A stretch of 64,000 nucleotides of DNA from Bacteriovoracia bacterium (GTDB taxonomy: Bacteria > Bdellovibrionota > UBA1018 > CAIPTA01), in contig JBFWVL010000006.1 in the NCBI GenBank assembly GCA_050246755.1, positions 155,743 through 219,742 of the forward strand, in the 5' to 3' direction. The notes below the pieces were generated by a model. That model was not told where the DNA came from. It searched no databases and saw only the letters and a program-made list of their open reading frames with translations. Shown in pieces: positions 47,374 through 56,951 of the stretch. The position numbers were made by a program, and so were the translations under genes. The stretch's first letter is position 1, and each line of letters starts with the position of its first letter.

Positions 47374-48549
47374 ATGGGATATCGAATTCTGCAAATGAAA
47401 AGCGTTAGAGGAATGCAATGGCGGGTGATTCACGAATCTTGGGAGAACGGGAAGCGGCACGATCGGCACATTGCTAAAAACCAGCTACTCGCCCATGGTT
47501 TCGTTCCCGATATGTCCGTCGAAATCGCAAAGGAGCGAGCTAAACAGCTGAATGCGGTTGATAGCATTAAGAAAGAAGAGGAGCGAAGGAAAGTCGCGGC
47601 TATTAAAGCGATCAAAGGTAGGCAACGCGTACATTCGGCCTATCTCCCGGCGCTACTGTGCGAAGAATTCGAAAATAAAGTGCTAAAGCGAAAGTTTTCT
47701 ATTGGGCGCGATGCGGAAAAAAAGATGAAGAAGGTGCTGAGCCGATGGGGCCTTGCCCAAAAAGTAATACTGGAGGTGAAGCGAGATCCTTCCGAGTGGT
47801 CGGAAGAGCCAGAGGACTTCTACAGGTACTTTATCGAACGCGAGTTCTCCTTGGATTATACCTGCAAGGTATTAGGCATCATCAATTTCTGGAGACATTA
47901 TGCTTCTCGGATTCAGGGAAAGGCATTCCTGCCAGTACCTTCCCCACGCGGCCATATTCGAGAACAAATTGCCGACGTCTACTCCGAGTCGAGTAAGAAG
48001 AAGAAAGATTCGGCCCCACTAACTCCTTTGCTTCTGGCCAGGGGAACAGGACGAATTTCCGAGGCGGGGATCAATTGGTTGAAGGTCTCCCTTTGGTTTG
48101 GCTTGAGGCCTATAGAAATCGATAATCTTAAAAATAGCTCAGGCGCTTGGCGAATTGAAGAGCGGGTAAATAGTTTCGACGGCTCTAAGATTCAGATATT
48201 GGCAATTTATCAAAGTAAACTAACCTCTATTGCCAAAGAACGGCGATGGAAGTTCATTCCAATTATCTTGGTTGAACAGGCTGAGTGCGTTCGGTTGATT
48301 CAATCAGGGAGCTTCAAGCGCCCATTGGTGCAAACCGTGAAGAAGCATATTGATCCGATGCTCACCCTCTATGGAGGGCGGAAAGGGTTTACGGACTTCA
48401 TGCTAGACCGAGGCCAAAGGCTCGAGGACATCTCTGAATGGCTTGGCCATAAATCGATCGATATGACGTTTCGAGTTTATAAAAATAAGAATAGTGTGCG
48501 GTATACGCCGATGGCCACCATGAGTTCCGCGGTTTGCTTGGCTCGGTAA
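47374..48549 (+). CDS. Divergent tyrosine recombinase/integrase
   Basis: FGLRPIEI (Arg), LYGGRKGF (HxxR variant), WLGHKSIDMTFRVY (His, Tyr). Confidence 0.85.
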   Translation: MGYRILQMKSVRGMQWRVIHESWENGKRHDRHIAKNQLLAHGFVPDMSVEIAKERAKQLNAVDSIKKEEERRKVAAIKAIKGRQRVHSAYLPALLCEEFENKVLKRKFSIGRDAEKKMKKVLSRWGLAQKVILEVKRDPSEWSEEPEDFYRYFIEREFSLDYTCKVLGIINFWRHYASRIQGKAFLPVPSPRGHIREQIADVYSESSKKKKDSAPLTPLLLARGTGRISEAGINWLKVSLWFGLRPIEIDNLKNSSGAWRIEERVNSFDGSKIQILAIYQSKLTSIAKERRWKFIPIILVEQAECVRLIQSGSFKRPLVQTVKKHIDPMLTLYGGRKGFTDFMLDRGQRLEDISEWLGHKSIDMTFRVYKNKNSVRYTPMATMSSAVCLAR

Positions 48550-48721
48550 ATGTGATCACCCACCGATAGCAGACGTTCAAAACGCTGCCAGCACATTTCT
48601 GCTTATGCACCGAGCAGTTATAATTCCGCCCAGCAATATTTTGCCATCAAGAGCGTGCCCTAAGCTTTTTTTCGCATGCGAATGTCCCTTTCTACCTGCG
48701 AACCTCAACCAAAGGAGCCCT

Positions 48722-49435
48722 ATGACAAGACGTGTAGCCTGCTACGCCCGCGTGAGTACTTCCGACCAATCTACCGGCCTAGAATCTCAAATTCGGGTTC
48801 TGAGGCTCTACTGTGAGCAGAACCAGATTCATAATGTCGATTTCTATACCGGCGAGGGCATCAGTGGCACAAAGTCGAGCAGACCGGCACTAGATCGAAT
48901 GATGGATGCAGTCGAAAAGGATGAGGTTTCTTCAGTTGTCGTCTACTCCTTCTCCCGCTTCGCCAGAAGCACCACGCATCTTTTAAACGCTCTCCAAACC
49001 TTCAAAAGGAAGGGTGTGCATTTCGTTAGCCTTACGGAAAAGATCGACACAAACTCCCCTGTGGGCATTGCTATCTTCTCGATCCTTGCCTCTATTTCGC
49101 AGCTAGAGCGTGACCTTATCGCGGATCGGGTGAAAATCGGACTCGCCAATGCACGAGCTAAGGGAAAACTCATTGGTCGGAAGAAGCTGCGTGATTCAGA
49201 TCTAATCCGCAAACTCCTAAAGGCTGGAATGTCCTATAGGAATATCTCGACCGTTGCCAAGTGCAGTCACGGCTCCGTCAGCGCCGAAAGGGCAACCATG
49301 AAAAGAGAGGAGGCAGAAGCGAAAAGAAAAGCAGCGGAGCTTATAGTAGCGGAAAGCGCCTTCAGTGAGCCAACCATAAGCTTTCCAATAATTGAACGGG
49401 GGAGTAGCGTAGGCGTTACAAAAAGCAGCACCTAA
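48722..49435 (+). CDS. Small serine recombinase (resolvase/invertase)
   Basis: AAGGAG SD; YARVSTSDQ, GISGTKSSRPAL, SRFARS, ERDLIADRVKIGL, C-terminal HTH. Confidence 0.92.
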   Translation: MTRRVACYARVSTSDQSTGLESQIRVLRLYCEQNQIHNVDFYTGEGISGTKSSRPALDRMMDAVEKDEVSSVVVYSFSRFARSTTHLLNALQTFKRKGVHFVSLTEKIDTNSPVGIAIFSILASISQLERDLIADRVKIGLANARAKGKLIGRKKLRDSDLIRKLLKAGMSYRNISTVAKCSHGSVSAERATMKREEAEAKRKAAELIVAESAFSEPTISFPIIERGSSVGVTKSST

Positions 49436-49480
49436 AATCAGCCAGCTCGAAATATTACCTAGTTTTAAAGCAGAGATGCA

Positions 49481-49536
49481 TAGCCCTAAAAGCAGAAGCC
49501 CGGCATTTTCGTGCTGGGCTTCTGCTTTTAGGGCTA
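49481..49536. terminator. 25-bp inverted repeat between convergent genes
   Basis: TAGCCCTAAAAGCAGAAGCCCGGCA-TTTTCG-TGCTGGGCTTCTGCTTTTAGGGCTA, one G-T pair. Confidence 0.7.
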
Positions 49537-49540
49537 GGAA

Positions 49541-49945
49541 TTATTGAGACCATGCAACAAGGAAAAGTTTTCCTACAATAGCCGTGAGAAGAGTTCCAAG
49601 AATAAAAAAGCTGAAGAATTCGCTCCTCCCGTACTTTATCAAAGATCCTCTCTTGAGTCTGATGCCGACGAGAAAAGCATTTGCGATCACGACTATCATG
49701 GCCGGCATCCAAGCAATGTAGATCAGCGCAATTCCACTAACCACTGTCCTTAATTGATCCGCGCAAAATGCGAAAAGAACTGGTACCGCAAAAACAACCG
49801 CGGCAAAGGCGGCGACATCTAAAACGAACTGAAGCCAGCGGGCTCTCAAGCGAAGCGTGTTTGCAAGGGCGTTTGTAGAAAGCATCGCCAGAGATGAGCC
49901 CAATGTGATTGATAGAATTGCGAAGCCAACTAGGAGGTAAAGCAC
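49541..49945 (-). CDS. Four-TM membrane hypothetical protein
   Basis: 134-aa hydrophobic ORF. Confidence 0.55.
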   Translation of the reverse strand: MLYLLVGFAILSITLGSSLAMLSTNALANTLRLRARWLQFVLDVAAFAAVVFAVPVLFAFCADQLRTVVSGIALIYIAWMPAMIVVIANAFLVGIRLKRGSLIKYGRSEFFSFFILGTLLTAIVGKLFLVAWSQ

Positions 49946-50267
49946 CTTTGCATTCTAAAGGCGTCTACTCTTAGCGTCCACAAAAGTAATCCTTCTCACT
50001 TGTGGGACCTCTTCTTTTGCGTAGCCCTTTAGATTAAACGGACTTCTAAAGACCCGATACTCCCAAGCTACCCTTTTGGAGGCCCTGCTACCGGCTCGGT
50101 TAAGGACTTTTCCTGCCAATAACCACGCCACCTGGGCTCTGTAGCCTAAATCCGCTATAGGTCAGTTTTAGGAGCCTTCTGAAGCCCCGGTAATACAGGC
50201 TTCACAGGTCCGCCTTAACTCAACTCCAGACTAGGCTAGAAGGATTGGATTTCTGATCGACCAGATA

Positions 50268-51119
50268 TCAATTTCCAGTGGGGGCAAAGAAAGCACACGC
50301 CAACGATGCAACTGAAGTCCCTTCAGGGACCTCTCTTTCTTCTACGAATCTGCCTAATAGCTCACGTAACTCGGCTTTGAATTGAGGCATGCTTTCTTTT
50401 GAAATCGAAAAAGTACTTTCCAAGAACAAATTCTGATTGGATTCAAACTGGGTTTCGGCCTTCCGAATCGCCGCCTTAAGCCGCTCTACGTATATCTTTT
50501 GAAAATCACCATTTTGTTTCATGCTTTCAAACGCGACATGATTCGAGAGGGCAAAGAATCTATTACGATCTTCGCGGGCCAGCCCAATTTCAACCAGCTT
50601 TGTGATTACAAGCCGCACTTTATCGAGCTTAAGATGGCACTTTTGAGCGACCTCTTCTAACGTCGCACCTTTTTCGGGCGCGCCAAGAGACGCGTATACA
50701 ATCGAGGAGTCTGCGATCGAGTAAACCTCGTTTCCATTGATGGAACTGGCCACTAGCTTCCGGCGGATTCGACGAGCGATAGTCTGAAGCTGTTTTTCGG
50801 CTTTCTCTTGGCCGACCCCGGCTTTGGTTCGCAAAAGATTATCTTTCTCGACCAGTAAGATGAAATACTGCGCTAAATCCGCATTCAATTTCAATGCTCT
50901 GGCGAAAGAGGAGGCTGATTCGGCCGTAAGGTGCTTCTTACCAAGGAGCACATCTCGAGGATAGCTTCGCGAAGCGAAGCCTGCCATTCTCGCCAAATTA
51001 GCAAAGCTCAACTTGCGCCCGTCGCGCTCTTTTTCGTCCATAATAAATTTCAAGAAAGCCCGCGGATCTCGCGCTTCAAGAAATTTTTCGATTTGCTCGG
51101 TTGTCCAACTCTTCTGCAT
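50268..51119 (-). CDS. TIGR02147-family HTH protein
   Basis: DPRAFLKF...LSFANLARMAGFASRSYPRDVLLGKKHLT...ALKL...YFILLV; TFSIS...FKAELR; ATG overlaps the upstream TGA. Confidence 0.8.
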   Translation of the reverse strand: MQKSWTTEQIEKFLEARDPRAFLKFIMDEKERDGRKLSFANLARMAGFASRSYPRDVLLGKKHLTAESASSFARALKLNADLAQYFILLVEKDNLLRTKAGVGQEKAEKQLQTIARRIRRKLVASSINGNEVYSIADSSIVYASLGAPEKGATLEEVAQKCHLKLDKVRLVITKLVEIGLAREDRNRFFALSNHVAFESMKQNGDFQKIYVERLKAAIRKAETQFESNQNLFLESTFSISKESMPQFKAELRELLGRFVEEREVPEGTSVASLACAFFAPTGN

Positions 51120-51505
51120 CAGTTGCTGCCCGTGATCACTGGCTTGGGAACAAGAAATACAACTTTGGCTCCAGGCACGGTTCGGATCTTCTCGTAGAGA
51201 ACCAACGAAGCCGTTAAGCAAGATGACTCCATGGACACACTGTAATCAGTGATGCGGTTGGGATTTTCCGGATTATTGCGTTTCGTAAAAAACACTCTGG
51301 CCGTGGCGTAGCAATCATTGGTTAGTGCGACCGACTTGTTAAGCAATGCTGATAGATCTTCGTCTCCCTCAGAGCCTTCAACCTTGACTTCGAAAATGGC
51401 CTTCAGATCATCTTCATTTACAATGATTCGTTTCCCTGCATAAGCATTAACCGTCGAGGCGAGAGCGATACCGATCGAGAGGGAAAGCACAAAATATTTT
51501 TTCAT
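51119..51505 (-). CDS. Small secreted hypothetical protein
   Basis: GAGG SD; signal MKKYFVLSLSIGIALASTVNAYA. Confidence 0.75.
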   Translation of the reverse strand: MKKYFVLSLSIGIALASTVNAYAGKRIIVNEDDLKAIFEVKVEGSEGDEDLSALLNKSVALTNDCYATARVFFTKRNNPENPNRITDYSVSMESSCLTASLVLYEKIRTVPGAKVVFLVPKPVITGSN

Positions 51506-51515
51506 CTGGCCAACC

Positions 51516-51869
51516 TCAATAGGGTCCGGTCATGTTGCTTTGGAAGATCGAGTTCGGGTCGATATTGTTATCGAGAATGATTTCATCCGCTTTTTTTCGT
51601 AGTTCCTTTGCGGAAGCGATAGCCTTGAATGTGAACTCAAACTCACGATCCAGCATCGTACTTTTTCCCTGAGCGTCCTGGACGATCAAGGAAAGCCAGA
51701 GGTGGTACTTTCCTTCAACAGGAAGTGGGGCCTGGCAAGAAACGGGAAAACCTTTTACAAAGGTCTGATCGCCAGCAGATAAGACAATCCCCATCTCGGT
51801 GCGCTCTGCGGAGTACGCGGGCGAAGCAAAACTAAGGGCCAGCGAAAAAATTAAAATCTTTGAATTCAT
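51516..51869 (-). CDS. Small secreted hypothetical protein
   Basis: AAGGA SD; signal MNSKILIFSLALSFASPAYS. Confidence 0.75.
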   Translation of the reverse strand: MNSKILIFSLALSFASPAYSAERTEMGIVLSAGDQTFVKGFPVSCQAPLPVEGKYHLWLSLIVQDAQGKSTMLDREFEFTFKAIASAKELRKKADEIILDNNIDPNSIFQSNMTGPY

Positions 51870-52061
51870 ATACTTACATCCTTTAGTGAGTGAATGTGAC
51901 GGGCTTATTTATAATGCTGCAATGCATAAAAGTCAATGTGCTAAACGCGATTTTGTACTCTATAGAGTGCGTTTTATGTGTGCTCAAGACGCTTTACCTA
52001 GCCCCACTTACTCAAACCCCACTATAGAAGCTTCTAAATATTATCTGTCGAAGGAGCTTCC

Positions 52062-52413
52062 ATGAATTTCCGCAAAACATTAGTTCTATCCTTAGCATTA
52101 CTTGTGAAGGCCACTGAGCGCCTCAGCGCTCTCCTTGGAGGTGCCATCTGAGGCCTCGATTCTCTCATTTCGAGTGATGGCGCTCGCCAGGTGCAATTAT
52201 ACAGGAGTTGAGGCTAACGAGCGGGAGACGAAAAATGCCATTGAAGTGACAATTCGCGTGCTTGAGTTTGGCCGCGTGGGATGCGCGGAAAAGCTCGCGG
52301 TGGCCGGGCAAGCGCCCCTGCGACTACCTTACGGACAAATTCACTCTGGGAAAGCGATAGTCGTCAAAACTCAAGACGTGTCCACCAAAGTGACCGGTGT
52401 CGATTTTTACTGA
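52062..52413 (+). pseudogene. Probable frameshifted small secreted protein
   Basis: AAGGAG + ATG 52062 gives signal-like MNFRKTLVLSLALLV but stops near 52150; coding-like sequence continues in the +1 frame to 52413. Confidence 0.45.
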
Positions 52414-52451
52414 TTTTCAAACAAAACAAAATTCCGAATCGAGGAAAAGCC

Positions 52452-52763
52452 ATGAATAGCAAAATAAGAATACTCTTGGTCGTAGGATCAATTTCCATTG
52501 GGATGAATGCTTATGCCCACTCGAATCAACGGCCGACTTGCAATGAGAGCGTGAAGTGCTTGAAACGGGTTTCATCTTGTCTCGGCGGAGCCTTTAGTTA
52601 CCGTTGGGTAAGGTCTATCATCTGCATCACATGCAATGGTCAAAAGGTTGAATATGAAACGGAAGATTCAGATTCTTGGACTCATCCTTTAGGCGACAAT
52701 AGCGCATGCCGAGATGCGCGGAGCATTCTTCTGCAGACCTATGATGTATGTGAGCCTAAGTAA
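52452..52763 (+). CDS. Small Cys-rich secreted protein
   Basis: GAGGA SD; signal MNSKIRILLVVGSISIGMNAYA; 7 Cys. Confidence 0.7.
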   Translation: MNSKIRILLVVGSISIGMNAYAHSNQRPTCNESVKCLKRVSSCLGGAFSYRWVRSIICITCNGQKVEYETEDSDSWTHPLGDNSACRDARSILLQTYDVCEPK

Positions 52764-53056
52764 CTCGCTTCACAATCCCTTGATTGCTATGAAATTTGCA
52801 GATTGAAGTTCATGCAACTGCTGACCCCCTAGCGGACGAGATTTTCGGATTAAAAATGGTGGCTATGGAGGCACTCATTAGTGGCCATCGCCACTACCAT
52901 CACATACAAAAATTCCAGAGGGTCTCCAGACATCAAAAAAGCGCGATCCCAACTGTAGATAAAATAGACATTTGCCCAGCTTTAAGCTGGCACGCGGCAA
53001 ATATATTTAAGAAATTCAATGCCTTTGGCAGGTATGGAAGTTGCTAATTCGATTGG

Positions 53057-54214
53057 ATGAGCTTTTGTGCTTCATATTTGATCGCCGTAATTTTTCTGTT
53101 AGGACCATCTTACTCCATCGCTGCCAGCGGCGATTGCGTAGTCTGTAGTTCATCTCCTCACGTCCAAGCTTTAGGGCAGGATTGGCCCGACCAGGTCTAT
53201 CAATTCCTTGCTCAACAAATTCGGAGTGAGCCCGGCTTTGCACCAATTGAGATGCGTAAAGCACCCGCCGGAGTCCTCGAATCGGCAAAATCCGTTTTCC
53301 AAATCATTGTAATTTCCGCCCCAAGCGATGGGCAAGAGACCGTACTAGATCTTACAGCTGATCCTGATCGGGCTCAGTGGCTCGAAATGAAAAGGGCCGC
53401 GGAGCAAGGCTCAAAAAATCCTCTAGTTAAAGTATTGCTGTCGCAAATCGAGAACTGCGAAAAGGTTCAAAACCTTCGAGCCTGCGTGATCCACGACAGC
53501 GTTACCAAAGGAACGGCTTTCGTGGCACAAAGCGGTGATTCCTTATGGACAAACTATCATGTCATAAGCCCGAATTTGGATTTACTCAGAAAGAATGAAA
53601 ATCTCACACCCGAACAAATTAAGACGAAGGGTAGAGCCCTGGGCTTCTATCTCTTAGACTCGCAAGGTAATATTATTTTTGATGGTCTTCGTGAAAAGGC
53701 AACCCTTGTGCTATTGCCCCCAGCGGGCCTAGCCGCGAGCGAAAGCGACTATGTGAAAATAAAAATATCGAGAGAAATCGCTGCGCCCCTTAAAATCTCT
53801 AATGACCTTCAGCCGGATCGTGCCACCTTCACTGTAGGTTTCCCGGCCTGTACCGGCTGTAAAGATGAGGAAAATAATCCAGAAGATCCCACAATGTTTT
53901 TAGACCGTGGATCGAACAAGAATTCTTCAGGGGTCGGTATGTACGTTTCGACAGGTCGCATTTTACCTCTAAATCAGGCGACTGGTTTTCTAGGCCCTGC
54001 CGCCTTTGAAGTCAGTCAGCAACCCGGCTTTGCTCAGGGAACGCGGAATTTCTATTCATCTGGCGATGCGGTGCAGGGAAACAGCGGCGGTCCTATATTC
54101 GACGAGAGTGGAAAAGTCTTGATGATCGCAGATGGTGGTGCGGGGAGAATGATCTCTGGAAAATTACACCGCATCACTCAAGGCGTGCGCCCCAAAGAAC
54201 TCTTCGGCCCCTAA
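53057..54214 (+). CDS. Secreted trypsin-like (S1) serine protease
   Basis: Signal peptide; GTAF, TNYHV (His), SDY (Asp), GNSGGP (Ser). Confidence 0.85.
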   Translation: MSFCASYLIAVIFLLGPSYSIAASGDCVVCSSSPHVQALGQDWPDQVYQFLAQQIRSEPGFAPIEMRKAPAGVLESAKSVFQIIVISAPSDGQETVLDLTADPDRAQWLEMKRAAEQGSKNPLVKVLLSQIENCEKVQNLRACVIHDSVTKGTAFVAQSGDSLWTNYHVISPNLDLLRKNENLTPEQIKTKGRALGFYLLDSQGNIIFDGLREKATLVLLPPAGLAASESDYVKIKISREIAAPLKISNDLQPDRATFTVGFPACTGCKDEENNPEDPTMFLDRGSNKNSSGVGMYVSTGRILPLNQATGFLGPAAFEVSQQPGFAQGTRNFYSSGDAVQGNSGGPIFDESGKVLMIADGGAGRMISGKLHRITQGVRPKELFGP

Positions 54215-54692
54215 ATTTCTGGAATCCTAGGTTTCTGGAGCCCAGAAGCCACCGCTCAACTGGACAAAATATTTACTCTCTCGCTGGACATCTTGCCACC
54301 GCGATTATGAAAAAATTGGCTTCAGATGTCAGAGGAGTCGAGCGGATTTTATCGCGGCCCAAGAAAATTTGGCGAAAATAATTCGCTCAGATCTCATTAA
54401 ACACAAAGGGAAATCCTAAAAAATTATCTCAACAACTGTATTGATGACACTTCGTTCCTGCTCGCCAAGTCTTTTAAATCCTAAAGACTTGGCGATTTTC
54501 TTCTATTACCTAGGCTAATAATTTTACCTTCCTGCTTTTCGCGCTCGGCTCGAATTGCGCTCGCAAAGCTGTTTTGATTTTCTAAAGGGCCGGCCTTACT
54601 TGTCTGCATGTCTACGCTATTTCATTCGATAGTATTCGGCGCAAAGCTTCCTTCTAAAATTTGCCATTTAGTTCAGATACTTAAGAGCTTTC

Positions 54693-54726
54693 TGTCGGCT
54701 GCATTATCCCGTCTCTGGGCACCATT
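54693..54726 (+). repeat. attR: degenerate copy of the tRNA-Phe 3' end
   Basis: TGTCGGC-N11-GTCTCTGGGCACCATT, same spacing as 45659-45692. Confidence 0.88.
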
Positions 54727-54766
54727 TATTTTTCTCTCTCAAATGAATACAGATACTTAGCAAGAT

Positions 54767-54798
54767 GAACACCGACACTTTACGTCAGTGTTGTCGGT
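54767..54798. repeat. 32-bp motif 43 nt after the attR CCA (copy 2)
   Basis: GAACACCGACACTTTACGTCAGTGTTGTCGGT. Confidence 0.7.
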
Positions 54799-54966
54799 TC
54801 GATGTTTCGTGGATCAATAATTATAAATGCGATCTATAGGAGTGGCCAAGTAACCCTGGTTTCTCGAATCACTCCAACTAACGGATTTAGCGTTAACTAC
54901 GAAAGAAGTGTTGTCAGCCTTCACGCTGGCTGTTTTCTTCTGGTGGTCGATCGCAAGTAGCTCGCC

Positions 54967-55299
54967 ATGGAGATTGGACTTTCACAACCTGCCTTAGCAC
55001 TAGATAAAAGCGCAACTCGTGCGCCGTCATCGTTGTCGCTGGCAACGGCGTTAAATCAAGTGGAGGCTGGAAAGTATATCCATATTTCCTTGAGTCAGCC
55101 TGGCGCTTCGGAATTTGCAGGCCGCGATAACATCGCATATCCGACGTATGTCCAGTTAAGCACTTCGCGGTTTCCCAAGGGGACCCTTATTAAGGATGCA
55201 AAAGACAATATTCTTTTAGTTGTAGAAAGTCTTTGCGAACCTAATTCCGTGCAATTGTCTGAGGGCTCTTTTTATTGCTTCACCAAGCAATCTAAATAG
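54967..55299 (+). CDS. Hypothetical protein (start uncertain)
   Basis: 110-aa ORF in otherwise unassigned sequence. Confidence 0.4.
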   Translation: MEIGLSQPALALDKSATRAPSSLSLATALNQVEAGKYIHISLSQPGASEFAGRDNIAYPTYVQLSTSRFPKGTLIKDAKDNILLVVESLCEPNSVQLSEGSFYCFTKQSK

Positions 55300-55493
55300 C
55301 ATTAAGTATCGCTTGCATACCAAAGTCCCTTCACTCTCGATCGGCGCCCTAAATAGAGCCTTAGTTGTCGAATTGTCGGCTGTATCATCCCGCCTCTGAG
55401 CATCATTTATCCCGCCTTAATAACTCTCTGAAAACGAAAAGGAAATCTGGTGACGTTTATCCACTATCGAGCCGGTTCATTAATTGGGTAGAT

Positions 55494-56951
55494 TTAAATG
55501 GGAGGATGAATTTCGGCGGAGAGATGCTCGAGAGATTTGCCCTCGGCCGCCACCCCGAGGAATAGCGCTACCACGGAAGCGATGATCATGAGCAGGGCGC
55601 CGAGCAGGTACCCATAGAAAACATTCTCCCGGCTGCCAGTTTGAATAAGCATTCCGAAAATCCAGGGCGCGGCTATCCCTCCTACTCCGGTACCGATAGA
55701 GTAGAAAATTGCAATGGCGAGCCCCCGCATGTCCACCGGAAATAATTCGCTTACTGTAAGGTAGGCAGAACTCGCCGCCGCTGAAGCCACGAAGAATACC
55801 ACGCACCAGAGCGCCGTTTGCGTTTCCGCGGAAAGCCACCCTTGGGCGAAACTATAGCCGGTTAAGAAGAGCAAGATTCCAGAGAAAAAGTAGGTTCCGG
55901 CAATCATCGCGCGGCGCCCCAAGGAATCAAAAAGATGCCCTAACGCCATGGGCCCAAGAAAGTTTCCCACCGCGAAGGGGATAATATAGAAACCAATTCG
56001 CTCGGCAGGAACTCCATAAAACTTGCTGAGAATTAGCGCGTAGGTAAAAAAAATAGCGTTATAGGCAAAAGCTTGAGCGGTCATGAGGGAAATGCCAAGC
56101 ACGGTTCGGGAGAGATACTTCCCGAAGAGGAGCTTGGCCACTTCCATGAGTGGGGCGGATTTCTTTACTTCGAGGCGCACGCTGGTAGTAACCGGAGCGA
56201 GGGGGGTGGACGTGCCCTTTTGAACTTGGGCCTCAATTTCTCGCACTACGGCGGAGGCTTCGTCTAAATATCCATGAAGTATAAGCCAGCGCGGACTCTC
56301 GGGAATATATCGACGAATCAGGACAATGGAAACGCTTAGCAGCGCACCGAGGAGAAAGCAGATCCGCCAGCCAATGCTATGGGGAATAATTTGGGGGTCG
56401 AGAAGAAAGATGGTGGAAGCGGCTCCTAGGGCGGTGCCGATCCAAAACGTGCTATTGATGGCTAAATCCACACGGCCGCGAACCCTGGCCGGTATCAGTT
56501 CGTCAATGGCCGAATTAATCGCGGAATATTCTCCCCCAATAGCCGCGCCAGTGAGCGCGCGGAAAATAGCAAAGCTCAAGAAGTTCCAGGAAAATGCGGT
56601 GAGCACGGTGGCCGCGAGATATACAGCCAGGCTCACCAGAAAAAGGCGCTTACGGCCGAGGGCATCGGTTAGGCGGCCAAAGAGCAGGGAGCCGATTACC
56701 GCTCCTGCGAGGTACGCGCTAGCTGAGCTGCCAATTTGGACCTCACTTAGGTTCAACGTTTCTTTCTCGGCTAGCACGCTGGCCAGGGAGCCCACAATCG
56801 TTACCTCTAGGCCATCAAGAACCCAGGTAATTCCAAGTGCAATAACTACTCGCCAATGCCAGTTCGACCAAGGTAAACGATCCAGCCTCTCCGTTAGATC
56901 AGTTTCGATGAAGGTTCCGGGTTTAAGTTGTGTTCCTAATTTATTTTTCAT
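55494..56951 (-). CDS. MFS transporter
   Basis: 12 TM; GRLTDALGRKR, GGEY, ELIPARVRG, ESPRWL. Confidence 0.93.
   Translation of the reverse strand: MKNKLGTQLKPGTFIETDLTERLDRLPWSNWHWRVVIALGITWVLDGLEVTIVGSLASVLAEKETLNLSEVQIGSSASAYLAGAVIGSLLFGRLTDALGRKRLFLVSLAVYLAATVLTAFSWNFLSFAIFRALTGAAIGGEYSAINSAIDELIPARVRGRVDLAINSTFWIGTALGAASTIFLLDPQIIPHSIGWRICFLLGALLSVSIVLIRRYIPESPRWLILHGYLDEASAVVREIEAQVQKGTSTPLAPVTTSVRLEVKKSAPLMEVAKLLFGKYLSRTVLGISLMTAQAFAYNAIFFTYALILSKFYGVPAERIGFYIIPFAVGNFLGPMALGHLFDSLGRRAMIAGTYFFSGILLFLTGYSFAQGWLSAETQTALWCVVFFVASAAASSAYLTVSELFPVDMRGLAIAIFYSIGTGVGGIAAPWIFGMLIQTGSRENVFYGYLLGALLMIIASVVALFLGVAAEGKSLEHLSAEIHPPI

Larger units (their letters stand above)
45677..54726. mobile_element. 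~9 kb integrative (probably mobilisable) element at tRNA-Phe
   Basis: Direct repeat GTCTCTGGGCACCATT at 45677-45692 and 54711-54726; tyrosine recombinase, resolvase, Replic_Relax gene; visibly AT-richer than the flanks. Confidence 0.88.

Noticed and set aside
54693-54726. Second tRNA-Phe
   Set aside because: Only a degenerate 3' fragment with no D or anticodon arm; it is attR
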